This document shows, in pieces, positions 52,081-64,000 of a DNA stretch of 64,000 nt. The notes beneath the pieces were generated by a model. The model was not told the origin of the DNA and searched no databases. It saw nothing but the letters and a program-made list of their open reading frames with translations. How positions within the stretch are numbered: the first letter of the stretch is position 1; the number at the start of each line of letters is the position of its first letter. This stretch comes from Callorhinchus milii. Lineage: Eukaryota. The DNA lies in assembly GCF_018977255.1 (NCBI RefSeq), contig NW_024704742.1, positions 126,544,001-126,608,000 of the forward strand. The letters run 5' to 3'. A program made the position numbers and the translations under genes.

Positions 52081-52391
52081 TACTCAGTGGTTAGAGCACT
52101 CGCTTTGCAAGTGAGAGACCTGAGTTCAATTCCAGGCAGGGCGAAACCTTGGGCAAGTTTCCTTACTCCACACAGAGCCTAATAATAATCACTCCAAAAA
52201 ACCAAAAACAATAATTAAATTGGTCATTTTTCAATCTACGACTGTTTGTGGGCGCAATTGGCTGCCGCGTTCGCCCACAAATATACAGTCAATTCACTTT
52301 ACAGTGTGTTCTGTGAAGCGCTTTGGGACGTCCTCCCGACGTGAAAAGCGCTATATCAAATGCAAGGATTATTATTATTATTATTATTATT
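52081..52391 (+). mobile_element. Young SINE, first bases missing
   Basis: Near-identical to the 25170 and 45158 copies; long (att)n tail. Confidence 0.93.
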
Positions 52392-52640
52392 TACAAACTA
52401 CTGTTCTCACAAAGACATGTGCTGGATAAAGTCTTTACAAACGTAGCCATTTCACTCACAAATACCTATTAATTACAACAGATTAGGAATATATGCATTT
52501 CATCCACAGAGTACACAAGACACTATACTTTACAGTAAATCCTGTGAAGAGCTTTGAGATGTCCTTCCAACATGAAAGGCACCATATCAAACATACGAAT
52601 GGTTATTATTAGATTATCATAATTACTGGAAGTCCGGTAC

Positions 52641-52774
52641 CTTATGAACATAAATCTCTCCAGGCTTGGTGGTTTCAATGTTCCCTCCAGCTTCAGCTGC
52701 GAGATCCACAACCACAGATCCATCCTTCATTGACTCAATCATATCCTTGGAAATCAACAAAGGAGCTTTCTTGC
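52641..52774 (-). CDS. NNT: NNT coding exon (~8), 134 bp, [45 protein letters not shown]
   Basis: ttgcag|GC and AAG|gtaccg borders; manual translation. Confidence 0.97.
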
Positions 52775-52879
52775 CTGCAAAAATATTATACAAGGTGTCT
52801 ATTTATGCAAGTATTATTGTTGGAATTGCTGACTTGTGCAATAGATGTTAATTTCAGACAAACATACAGGTTTATTTTA

Positions 52880-53450
52880 TTACAATACAAAATTACATTT
52901 TCTAAAGCGTTTATCACCTCGGGAGGACATCCCAAGGCGCTGAACAGTTAGGCATTAGGACCCGAGTGGGGGCCAGGGATTGGGATCAGGAAGGGTGGAG
53001 GGCTGAGAGGGTGGCCGAAGGCACAGTTGAAGAGGAGGATCTTGAGAAGTGCCTTTAAGGAGGCAAGGGAGAGAGTGAGGCGAAGGTAATGTGGGTTGTA
53101 GTTCCAGAGGGTGGGGGCAGAGAAGCTGAAGGCCCGATGGGGGACATAGAGCAGGTCAGAGCCTGATGAGCAGAGGGAGCAGACAGGTTGATATGAGGTT
53201 AGTAGGTTGGAGAGGAGGAGGGGGCAAAGTCATGGAGGGCCTTGAAGGTGAGGGCGAGGATTTTGAACACTGCCTCAATCCCTCCGCCTTGCCCCCTATC
53301 TTCCCTTTCAAGTCCGGCTGAAAACTTTCCTCTTCGACCGTGCTTACGGCCACCTCCCCGCGGCTCGGAGTCAGGCTCCGCCACTGTTAAGACCTCTGAG
53401 ACACTACCCTGCGTGGAGGGCGCCGTACAAGTGCAAGTCGTTGTTGTTGG
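52880..53450. mobile_element. Two L2 3' fragments back to back (minus 52880-53268, plus 53270-53450)
   Basis: FKILALTFKALHDFAP on the minus strand; second terminal stem-loop and ttgttgttg on the plus strand. Confidence 0.8.
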
Positions 53451-53537
53451 TATTGCAGTTTAGCAAATGAAATGATTCTTCAAGGGTGATTGGCGGGTGG
53501 AGCAAACTACAAACGCAGATGGTGGAATAATGAACTA

Positions 53538-53955
53538 CAATGGAGCCGAGTTAAAACGTGGTGTTTCGGGATCCATAAAGTTGCAACCCACGCTTTAATG
53601 AGGCGTGATAGCCAGGCTCACTGTGCATGCACACGGCTGGCCGGCTGGCTCGCTCCCTTGGACAGGTCTTGCATTGGAAGAAAAATAGTGGACATCCAGG
53701 TTATCCAAGCAACGACGATGTCACTTCCTGTTTGTTGCATGTGCGCAGGAAAGCAGGAAGTGGCTTTCGCAGGTGAATGACCTGGAAATCAGCAATTTTA
53801 GCTCAAAAGCTGGCCAGCGAGAGCAATCGAGAAAAAAAAATCTAAGCGCACACACCAGTGAATGAGGATGGTCTGACAGACTATTGAGGCCCTGCTATAA
53901 GGTGTGCTGAGATTTTATGGGCCACAACTACTGCCTTAAAACACAAATTACACAG
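53538..53955. mobile_element. Tc1/mariner (pogo/Tigger-like) MITE with a palindromic core
   Basis: Left end TA-caatggagccgagttaaaacgtgg...gatccataaa; right end tttatgggccacaactactgcc; hairpin at 53695-53786. Confidence 0.6.
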
Positions 53956-54710
53956 AAGACACATCTACTGTTTAGTTTACAGGCAGAAAATATCAACCTC
54001 AACATATCAAACCTTACTGGCTGAGGAACATTTAAGCCGTACTTCAGTACTTCTTGTACCAAGAAAAAAAAGTATGAATTGCATTTTAGTTTTCAGTTTT
54101 AGTTATTCAATCTCTGAATAACTGCGCCCTGTGTTGACAGGGGTGTACTTTAAACCTTGAGTTTAATTTGTGAGTTTATTTCCCAGGAATCTTGGGATGA
54201 GAAGTGTGACGTTTCACCACAGATTTAGATTATCACACGATCGGCCAAAGGTGGGAATTTCACTCGACGATTATCAATCAGCTTCAGGTGCGAATTCTCC
54301 TCCCTCCTTGAAGTCGACGTAAGAGTTGACCCAAAGCCGCTGGAGGTCGCTATCTTCGCCCATAAAGTATAGAGTCAATTCACTTTTCATTGTATTCTGT
54401 GAAGTTCTTTGAGACGTATCAAATGCAAGGATTATTATTATTATTTAGTCCCAGAGAGCGAGCACCATTGTTTCCAATCGTGAAGAACAGGGTTTCGCGG
54501 ACTAACTCAACGCGAGTCGAGCTGGTATTGTGCCCTGAAGCGGCCACTCTCCACGATCAAAAACAGCAATAGCAGAACTGAAATCTTCAGGTCTAAACCA
54601 TTTTGACAAAGGTGGTGGAGATTTTGCCAACAGCTTGCTAACGAAGAAACAAAAGCAGTATACCTTCCCTTACAAGGCCCAACCCAACGTTTCGCACTTT
54701 CATATCCTAC

Positions 54711-54898
54711 CAGGAATGAGGGCTGTGCTGATGAGTATGTCTATTTCTCGGCACTGTTTAGCAAATAGCTTCATCTCGGCATCAATGAACTCCTTGGACA
54801 TCACCTTGGCATATCCTCCTGTACCTTCTCCAGATTCCTTCACCTCGACCTCCAGGGGCTCTGCACCCAGAGACTTAAACTGTTCCAAAGCTTCAGCC
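54711..54898 (-). CDS. NNT: NNT coding exon (~7), 188 bp, [17 protein letters not shown]...EGTGGYAK...STALIP
   Basis: ORF 54700..54939; ttctgcag|G and G|gtagga borders. Confidence 0.98.
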
Positions 54899-55697
54899 CT
54901 GCAGAAGAAACCACAAATCAGGTTAAACAAACTTTTCACAATCCACTGCTAAAGCCCTCATTACCCACAAGTTAGACACCAATTCAAAGCAGTGGTATTT
55001 TCAAGTATACACCTTGAATGCATCTATAGATTTACATAGAAGGGTACGGCATGGAAACAGGCCATTGGCCCAACTAGTCCAGGTGGTGTTTATACGCCAC
55101 GTGAGTTTCCACCCATTCCTTACTTTCTCCCATATGCTTCTAGTCCCTCTCACTCATATGTATTTCTAGCTTCCACGGAAATATTGAATAGATTGTTCTG
55201 TTTTATCTTTTTGCTGCCGGAGAAAGCAATTAGCTGATATTAAAATCCCCCCAAGGAGAGACAGGTTACATGTAAAGTGTGTGGTGGTGGTGGGGGAGGG
55301 GGAGGAGGAAAGAGAATAGAGCCTTTACTGCTTCAAACTTTCCTGCTGAGCACTGAAGCTCCAGTTTGTTTTAGAACATACTTTGTCCATAAGCACAAGC
55401 TACAGAGCTTAGCGCAGTATGCGGTCTCTCCTCAGAGCAGAGATAATTCAACAATCTGTATGACAAGCTGTTTGTCTTAAATTGAGATTTGCCCATCAGC
55501 AGTCCAAGGTAACATGTGCGAGAGATCTGAACAAAGCTCAACATCAGAGCAAAGATCTGCTGATCAAGTCTTTCATAGGAGGTTAACCTGAGCGTCATCT
55601 CCTGCGGGACCAACTTTCTCATTTGATATCATTTGACATCCTACAAGTATACATTTGAACTCTGGTACCTCGAGCACAACACAGCTCATCAAAAACA

Positions 55698-58110
55698 AAA
55701 CATAACATAACATGTAGGAGCAGGAGTAGGCCATTCGGCCCTTCGAGCCTGCCCTGCCATTCAATCATGGCTGATCTTCTAATCTAACTCCAGCTAATAA
55801 CCTGACCCTGCCTTATCCCCACATCCTTAATCCCTTTTGCAATAAGAAATCTATCTATCTCAGTCTTGAATATGTTCAAGGACTGAGCGTCAACAGCCCT
55901 TTGGGGCAGTGAGTTCCATACATTCACCACCCTTTGAGTGAAGAAGTTCTTCCTCAAACTCAGTGCGAAAGGACTGGCCTCTGATTTTAAGGTTGTGACC
56001 CCTGGTTTTAGTTTCTCCAACCAGGGGAAACAATCTCCCACTATCTACTCTATCATGCCCTTTGATGATCTTATAGATTTCTATAAGATCCCCTCTAATT
56101 CTTCTATATTCTAGAGAATATAGGCCCAAATTGGTCAGCCTATCCTCGTAACTCATCCCCTTCATCCCTGGTACTAACCTAGTAAATCTATGCTGCACCC
56201 CCTCCAAGGCAAGTACATCCTTCCTTAAATAAGGAGACCAAAACTGCACACAGTATTCCAGGTGTGGTCTCACCAGGGCCCTATACAGTTGCAGCAAGAC
56301 TTCCCTACTCTTATACTCTAATCCTTTCATAATGAATGCTAACATACCGTTCGCCTTCCTAATTGCTGCTGCACCTGCAGACTAACTTTCTGTGATTGGT
56401 GTACAAGGACACCCAAGTCCCTCTGGACACTAACACATTCCAATCTCTCCCCTTCTAAAAAATAACCCGCTCTACTGTTTTTGCTACCTAGGTGGATGAC
56501 TTTGCACTTCCCTACATTATACTTCATCTGCCACCTACCTGCCCAATCACCTAACCTATGTATGTCGCGCTGCATTTTTTGAATGTCATCCTCTGTGTTG
56601 ACCCTTCCTCCTAGTTTTGTGTCATCCGCGAATTTAGATATATTAAATTTGATGTCCTCATCTAGATCGTTGATGTAGATGGTAAATAGCTGAGGCCCAA
56701 GGACTGATCCTTCTGGCACTCCACTAGTCACATCCCGCCAATCTGAAAAGGACCTGTTTATCCCTACTCTTTGTTTTCTACCCGTTAACCATTCCCCAAT
56801 CCACGTTAATATGCTCCCCCCAATTCCACGGGCCCCTATCTTTTGGATTAACCTTTTATGTGACACCTTATCGAATGCCTTCTGGAAGTCCAAATAGACC
56901 ACATCCACTGATTCACCCTTATCTAGTTTACTCGAAATATCCTCAAAAAATTCTATGAGATTTGTCAAACATGACTTCCCTTTTGTAAAGCCATGTTGAC
57001 TTGGCCTAATTATATTGTGCTCTTCTAAATACCGCACGACCACATCTTTAATGATTCTAAACATTTTTCCTATCACTGATTGTAGACTAAGTGGCCTATA
57101 GTTCCCCATCTTTTCCTTTCCACCTTTTTTAAATAGCAGTGTGACATTTGCGATCTTCCAATCCATGGGGACTGTTCCAGAATCCAAGGAATTTTGGAAG
57201 ATCAGACACAAGGCCTCCACTATCTCATAAGCTACCTCTTTTAAAACCCTGGGATGCAAACCATCCGGACCAGGGGATTTGTCACTTTTTAGTGCTAACA
57301 GTTTCCCTAGCACCAATTCTCTACTAATGAAAATTTCCCTAAGTTGCTCCCTGTCCTTATCCCTTTGGTGCATCTCTATTGTTGGCAGACTTGTTGTGTC
57401 TTCTAGGGTGAAAGCAGATGCAAAGTACCCATTTAGGGACTCTGCTATGTCCTTATCCCCATTACAACTTCTCCTGTCTCTGACTGAAGTGGACCTACAT
57501 TTACCCTCAATAGCCTATTCCTCTTAAAGTATTTGTAAAAACTTTTACAATCAGACTTAAAGCTAGCTTACCCTCATACTTTTTTAGGTTTTTTTTGCTG
57601 GTTTCTTAAACTCCCAATCTTCGGATTTGCTGCTTTTCTTGGCAGTTTTATAAGCTTTTTCTTTTAATTTGATGCTTTCCCTAACTGTTCTAGTTAGCCA
57701 CGGATGAATTGCTTTCCCTGTGGTACTCTTATTCCGCAAGGGAATATGCGACCGCTGAGAATTATGTACTACATCCTTAAATATTTGCCACTGTTGGTCT
57801 ACATTTTTACCTCTTAATCTTATTCTCCAGTCCATTTTACCTAAATCTTTCCTCATACCTACAAAATTAGCCTTATTTAAATTCAGAATACTTGCCTCGG
57901 ATTTAGCTATATCCCTCTCTAACTTAATGCAGAATTCAATCATATTGTGATCACTCTGCCCTAGAGGAGTCTTAATACCTACACTGCCAACTAGCCCTGT
58001 TTCGTTACACAGAACAAGGTCTAGGATGGCCTGTCCCCTAGTTGGTTTCTCGGCATGCTGCTCTAGAAAGTTACCTCTCATATACTCAATGAGCTCTTCT
58101 TCTAACCTAC
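55698..58110 (-). mobile_element. 5'-truncated CR1 LINE (~2.4 kb): endonuclease C-terminus plus RT, frameshifted
   Basis: ORFs 57584..58081 (ILDLVL, SDHNMI), 56339..57373 (KSPGPDG, YLDFQKAFDKV, KFADDTKL) and 55890..56345 (RPHLEYCVQFWSP); (aacat)n tail. Confidence 0.97.
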
Positions 58111-59274
58111 TTCCAGGAAAACCAGGTTAAAGCATGTGGTACCTGCTGTCTAAACAACTATTCCTCGTCACCCAATGGAAAAGGTTCCCAGAAAATTATC
58201 TACCATCCAGCAATAATCTGTAAACTGATGTTAATGGGGGAGGGGGAAAGAGACACAAATATGGGTAGAGGGCTTCAGCCAACTCCAATCATTAATTCTG
58301 TTGCAATGTTGTAACCTTGGAGGGTGGGGGAGGGAGGGGTTGACTTTAGTGCAAATTCTATCCAGTGTTGGTAAAACATCTGTCCACTGCCCGTCAGGCA
58401 AGCCACTGAAAGTTGGGTGGAAAACTGGTGTGGATTTTCCACTGTTCATATTTATTTGAACGGCAAAACTTTTGGTCGTCAAAAGCTGCAGCAATAGTTT
58501 TTAAGTGGAGCTCAATATTAAATAAGGCAAAGACTGGAAAAGAAAATCACAGTGGACACATTTAAAAAAAATATATACTATATATAAAAAAAACTGATAA
58601 GGATTTGACTCTGAATCCACCATTTGAAAACCATATTTGGGGGGGGAAAAACACAAAGACACAAATTGGCCAGCAGAGATAGCTCTGTGCACTCAGTGGC
58701 AATGCAGAACTGGGGACTCTAGTTTAATGGTATGATTCGTGCCAGGAAAGAAAGTGAGCATTCTGTTAAAATGTGCAACAAGAGGCATGACTGATATCCT
58801 TAGTTACAAGGGCAATTTCACTACAAAACCAAACAATTTTGTCTTGCTAACAACAACAAATCATTTATATGTAGAGCCTCTCATGTCCTGTAGACTTCCC
58901 AAGGCGCTGGATAGTCAAGGGAAAGTTGACGTAATGCATTGTGCAACCTTGTTCTATTACAAATCATTTTGCAACAAGCACGCAACTCATACACATATTG
59001 CAATATCAAACACTTCCTTGCTAAGAAATAAAGACAAAGCTAATAGAATCAATCGACAGAAGTTTTCATTCTAAACCTAGAAAAGTTTTGCAGCAAAGAA
59101 AAATATCTGGATTGCTCTCGTTCATTCTCTTGTCTTTGTTCTTTCTACTACACATTACTACCACCTCTGCCTCCCTCGCCAAAGCTAAAACCTCTTTCCA
59201 TCCCAAGGTCATCCTGGAGGCAAAGGAGAACCTCAAAGATCCTCTATCTCTCTCAAAGCCTCTTCTCCACCTTG

Positions 59275-59617
59275 TGCTAGTCTGGCTCAGTTGGTAGCAC
59301 TCTCGCCTCTTGAGTCAAAAGCTTGCAGGTTCAAGCCCCGTACATCAGGACTGAAACTCATTGTGTAAGATGACACTCCAATACAGCGCTGGTGTGCACT
59401 ATTCAAAAAAAGGGAGTTTCTCACGAATGTCTTGGCCAACAATCCCCCAGATAAATTGATCATCTGTTTGTGGGACACTCCTGTGCCCAACTGGGCTGCC
59501 GCATTCGCCTACAAATTTACAGTCACTCCACTTTATAGTATAACAACAATTTAGTAAATTCAGTGAATCGCTTTGGGACATCCTCCCGAAGTGAAAGGTG
59601 CTAATACTATTATTATT
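59275..59617 (+). mobile_element. Old tRNA/Deu SINE
   Basis: tggctcagttggtagcactctcgcctc...ggttcaagccc head and Deu motif. Confidence 0.8.
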
Positions 59618-61539
59618 AATATTCTTATCTCTGATACCAAATATGAAGAGGTCATGGACTTCCTCGTGAAAAAAGCAACAAAATCTGGCTTCCCTGCATC
59701 GTCTTCTTCCTGCCCTCAATCAATCCTACCCCCTTGTCCAAACCCCGACAGTCAACCTGTTTCACATTTCCATTTGTGCCACACACTTGGCTTGCAAAAA
59801 AAAAACAACTGATATCGTCACCTTCAAACATCTCATATATCAGGGCAAAACCTTGAACTATAGTTGGGGGAAAAATCACAATGATACACAGACCAAGAAA
59901 AACAGCACAGCACTCTTTATGTTTAATGATCTGTGCAGGTGTTTGTCCACGGGACTGTATTCGCATTCGGAAACATTGGTGTTGAGCACCACCTATTGGC
60001 TGCTGAAACTTACTGCACTCCTGAGGGACATTGTGAAACACTATACGAAGGGACCAAATAGCCAGAGACAGACATAGGACAGCAAAGTCATAACCAGAGA
60101 TTGAGACAGAACTGAACAAACTTAGTGGGGCACAAACCCCACAGAGTCGTGAATCATGAGAGAGTCAGATCAAGCACTGTGACCACAGGACAGTCAGGTG
60201 AGCGAGCATTTGTGTGTGTGTGTGTCTATAGGTCCATGACTCTGTTATTCCTGCCTCGGAGCTGATGGAGAATAGCATGAGGGTAGGAACACAATGCTCA
60301 CAAAAGGATTTCTTCTCTCCTCCCCCCCCCCCCCCCCCCCCCCACGCATACAGTGAAATAAAATCCCACATCAGTTCATTTGAAACCACACGGTACAACA
60401 CCGGCAAGTATAAGTCAGACAGAATATAACATGCGGCTACACCTAATGTGCCTCAATCTTGCTAACAATCAAAGCCACAATCACCAAACGGGCTTGATGG
60501 CAGGAGCAGCGTAAAGCTTACCCTACTCATTAACATGGGCACAGGATTTTTAAGAACACAACATTATGAGCGGTTGGAAGGATGCACAGACTGCATGCTT
60601 CACTCAATGACATTGCTCTTCTCAATCAGTTACAACTAACACACTACAGCTTAAATGTTCCCCAGTACATAAGTCGGCGAAATTATACATTTTTAAACTA
60701 TTTATCTGGTTTTGCAATCAGTTCCTTGGTTCTACCAAGTTGTAACGATGGAGTTAAACAGCCAGCGACTGGTGTGGTTGGCAATGTTTAGCGACAGGAA
60801 AGACTTGCAGCTGTTTCACTTTGTTTAATATTTACTACACAGAAACATATAAATTACAGTGTTTGACTGTCACAGTCTTTTTATACAAAAAAAAATTAAT
60901 TAACTGACTTTTTAAGGCCCTACTTGGGGAAAAGCATGAAATATTAGCAAATGAGCTTCCAGGAAAAGAAAACTATAAACTTGATGGACTTTGGTCTTCT
61001 TTCCTCCAGCAAATTCTTATGTTCCTGTCAATTCATGTGTTTCGGGATTATGAAAGGCATTGATTGCACAGTCCACGTTAAAATACACTCAGATTTTCAC
61101 CATGTATCCAAAGTTGATATACTTTTTGAATGACAATTCTTTCAAGATAATCTCTGTTCATCATCACTTGATAAACACCGCCTCATTTTACACTTCATCT
61201 GTGCCAGTCTGCTCAGTCCCTTAGTAGCGGTATTTTACAAGGTCCCCTCCTCCCCTCACCCACACCCAACCAGGGCTGCTTGTCTCAAATTATATCATAT
61301 CCTGTTCAATACAGTTGGCATCAATTGTTGAAAGCTGAATCAAATCTGCAGCTATCATTAATGCTAATATTTGTTCCACATTTATAACTGGGGAATGCCA
61401 CAAAAAAAATGCAAAGAAATGTTTTCTCGTGATAGCAATTGTCGCGTTAGATCCTAGGGAGTGAAGACCCCGACTCATCTAACCGTGAAAATCCCTTCAG
61501 TTTTCCTCTTGCAATTCAGGACATCTCCTGACCCTACTG

Positions 61540-61789
61540 CAGAGTAAACCCCATTACAATGCAAATCTTTACAATACCAGTCTGGTAAAATACGGTTGCA
61601 CTGCAGACCCTGTTCACTGAGCTACAAACGCACAGACAGCCCTTTTCCTGCGCAAAGGCCCTTCTTTTATGCAAAAATGGCCGATTTCCATGTCATTAGG
61701 TCACCACAGACACAGACTGTTGTGTCTTGTTATAACTTGGGCTGGGATATTATGGATTCCAGCCACCATGTTATAATGAGGCTCCACTG
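61540..61789. mobile_element. Tc1/mariner-like MITE copy (internally deleted)
   Basis: Right end ttatggattccagccaccatgttataatgaggctccactg-TA; core gcaaaaatggccgatttcca. Confidence 0.6.
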
Positions 61790-61824
61790 TAACCACATTC
61801 AGTTTCCTTCTACAATACAAATTT

Positions 61825-62200
61825 ACCCATTCATCACATCCAGGCTCGACTATGCAAACTCCGCTTGTCGGCCCCCCCAACTCCTCCCTCAACAGGCTGC
61901 AGATCATCCAAAACTCTGCAGCCCGTGTCCACTGACTTCCCATCACACAGAGGATACAGTTCAAGATCCTGGTCCTCACCTTCATAGCCCTCCACCCCTT
62001 GCTCCTCTCTTCCTCTGCAACCTCCTAACACCCGACCAACCTGTCCACTTCTTCCGCTGAGCGAGCTCGGGCCTGCTTCACATTTCCTGCCTCGCCTGCG
62101 AGCAAGCCTTCAGCCACTGTTCCCACCCTCTGGAACTCCATCCCGCAGTCCCTCTGCCTTGCCTCGTTCAAGACCCTCCTCATCGACCATGCCTTTGCAC
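61825..62200 (+). mobile_element. L2 3' fragment
   Basis: FITSRLDYANS; ttcaagatcctggtcctcacc; ctctggaactccatccc. Confidence 0.85.
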
Positions 62201-62686
62201 TAAATACTATGAAGCTCTTTGAAACGTCCTCCCAAGGCACAAGAACACAACTCAGCTCGCTATCTGCTGTGTAACCAGGCTACCCTGTCATGAAAGGTTT
62301 TCCAGTAACAGCCATACTTGTACAGCGCCGTTTATGTAAAATAACATCTCGAGGTGGTAGGGGCAACTCTGGATGACATAAAGAAATACACATTGAAAGC
62401 AACTTTTTAAAAAGTTGGATAACACAAATGTCAAATACCCTTATTGTTACACTGGGATGAATGTCTTGCGTCCTCCCAGAGAGCTTGTTCAAAAATAAGA
62501 GATAGGCTTGAGGATTTAAATTTTCCTATCGGGCCTGCGCAACGGGAGGTGACATCAAAATATCACGAAGAATTCCTTTTGATTGCTTTGCAGACTTTAA
62601 TGTGTCCACACTTGGCCAACCAACCGAAAACAATTAAAAACTCTACCTCTGGGTAATTTTTAGGTGTCAATTCTAAGTTATCAGTA

Positions 62687-63038
62687 TAGCGCAGTCTCGT
62701 GATAACACCCTTTTTATAGCGAGTATTCAGGTATAATGTGGTTGCAGTGTGGACCCACCCCAGTCCTGGGTGCGGGCTGGCTTTCACGCTAAAATGGCCA
62801 ACTTATGAGGTTGCCCCCGATATCACTTCCCGTTTGTTGCGCACGAGCAAAGCAGGAAGCAATGTCAGCGGCTGCCCAATGACCTGGGAGTCAACCTGTT
62901 TTTTAAGCAAAGGAACTGGCACAGGGAGCAAGCTACCCGGCTGAACACATGCACAGCACAACCGACCTACGAGCCTTGCTGCAGCATAGCTTGGTACTTT
63001 ATGGGGCCTAACTACTGCGTTATAACAAGTCACTACTG
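62687..63038. mobile_element. Tc1/mariner-like MITE flanked by TA
   Basis: Degenerate TIRs tagcgcagtctcgtgataacac and gcgttataacaagtcactactg, TA on both sides, palindromic core cacttcccgtttg...caaagcaggaag. Confidence 0.6.
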
Positions 63039-63077
63039 TATCACAGCCTCTTCCGTGGGAAAATAAAGTCACTGTAC

Positions 63078-63166
63078 CTGGTGTCAAATCCTCTCACAAT
63101 GGCTCCCATTGATTTTGCAGAACCTGCTGCAGCCAGACCAGCAACACCACCACCAATAATGAGCAC
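63078..63166 (-). CDS. NNT: NNT coding exon (~human exon 6), 89 bp, [29 protein letters not shown](R), NAD(H) Rossmann GxGxxG
   Basis: Acceptor gtag|GTG, donor CAG|gtacag; translated manually (not in the ORF track). Confidence 0.97.
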
Positions 63167-63369
63167 CTACGTCATGAGATAAAGAGTCAATGGTGCAAAC
63201 ATTCATGTACCCATTTTACATTTATACAGCATCTTTAACGTTAAGGGGTATCACAAAGCGTTTAACACTGCTCACTGGCACCCATACAAGGTGGGGAGAT
63301 GGTGAGAGCCGTAGACAGTAAAGAGAACCCAAAGACACCCAAAGTCAGAGGGACAACATGGATTTGTGA

Positions 63370-63545
63370 AAGACAAGATGTGCTCAATAAAGTTAATTGA
63401 ACAATTTTGCTTTAAGAGAAAGTCATCTAGTGGAATGCAGGGAATAAAGTGAATGCAATTAATGTTGTAAATTTTGATTTTTAAGAGTTTCATATGGTGT
63501 CGCATAAAAGACTGGTTGAGAAAATCAGACACATGGTATTAAGGT
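63370..63545 (+). mobile_element. Degraded CR1 RT fragment
   Basis: caacatggatttgtgaaag (QHGF-like) and ttgattttaagag...ggtgtcgcataaaagactg. Confidence 0.65.
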
Positions 63546-63689
63546 ATTAATGGTATTAAACCGTACTTTGCGGTGAATCCTTCGAGTTGTACTCCCAACC
63601 TTAAAGGGGATATGTCAAATGTAACAATATTTATTCAAATTCCACGTGTGATTTTTGTTCAAAGAAATATTGCATCCGTGCTTACGGTC

Positions 63690-63798
63690 ACCTCCCCCTT
63701 CCCTCTCCCCCTGGCTCGTGGTCAAACTCTGCCACTGTTAAGCGCTCCGGGACACTACTTGGCGTGAAGGGCGCTAATATAAATGCAAGTTGTTGTTG
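63690..63798 (+). mobile_element. L2 3' tail
   Basis: aagcgctccgggacac...ggcgtgaagggcgct stem-loop followed by gttgttgttg. Confidence 0.75.
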
Positions 63799-64000
63799 CA
63801 TCCAAGCAACTTTTTAAGAACAAAATCTGCAAACCCTGGAAATCTGAAACATCAGAAAATGCAGATAATCTATCAGTATTTGAAAGAGGAAAGCAACGCT
63901 AATATTTTGGGTGTGACTACATCCAAGTAGGCTGAGCGCTTAAATGTTCAGTCTTTTTTCTGTTTCTAAACCTGATTTACATTTTGTTCAAACAGAAACT

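Noticed and set aside
56339..57373. 344-aa reverse transcriptase ORF, the longest in the track
   Set aside because: It is part of a 5'-truncated, frameshifted CR1 LINE, not a retron, DGR or domesticated gene.
60322..60343. Poly-C run (also poly-G near 43350 and (CA)n near 31785)
   Set aside because: Ordinary simple repeats.

Overview
Vertebrate genomic DNA, not prokaryotic. The repeat content (tRNA-headed Deu-domain SINEs, young L2 and CR1 LINEs) suggests a cartilaginous fish, probably a holocephalan; this is inference. The only host gene is NNT (mitochondrial NAD(P) transhydrogenase) on the minus strand. It has 17 coding exons from 63166 down to the TAA stop at 23839 (2571 nt, 856 aa plus stop), all with GT-AG borders and consistent phases. 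The 5' exons lie beyond the right edge of the window. Positions 1 to about 21,200 are downstream intergenic DNA: repeats plus several unique islands that look like enhancers. I found no convincing new protein-coding system. The most interesting unexplained structures are: (1) a perfect 27-bp inverted repeat next to an NNT acceptor; (2) a covarying 3' stem-loop shared by a young SINE and a young L2; (3) an unclassified three-copy repeat that keeps a common open frame; (4) a palindromic Tc1/mariner-like MITE family; (5) candidate non-coding regulatory elements. Repeat boundaries are read by eye and are approximate. Exon boundaries are exact. Human-equivalent exon numbers are from recall.
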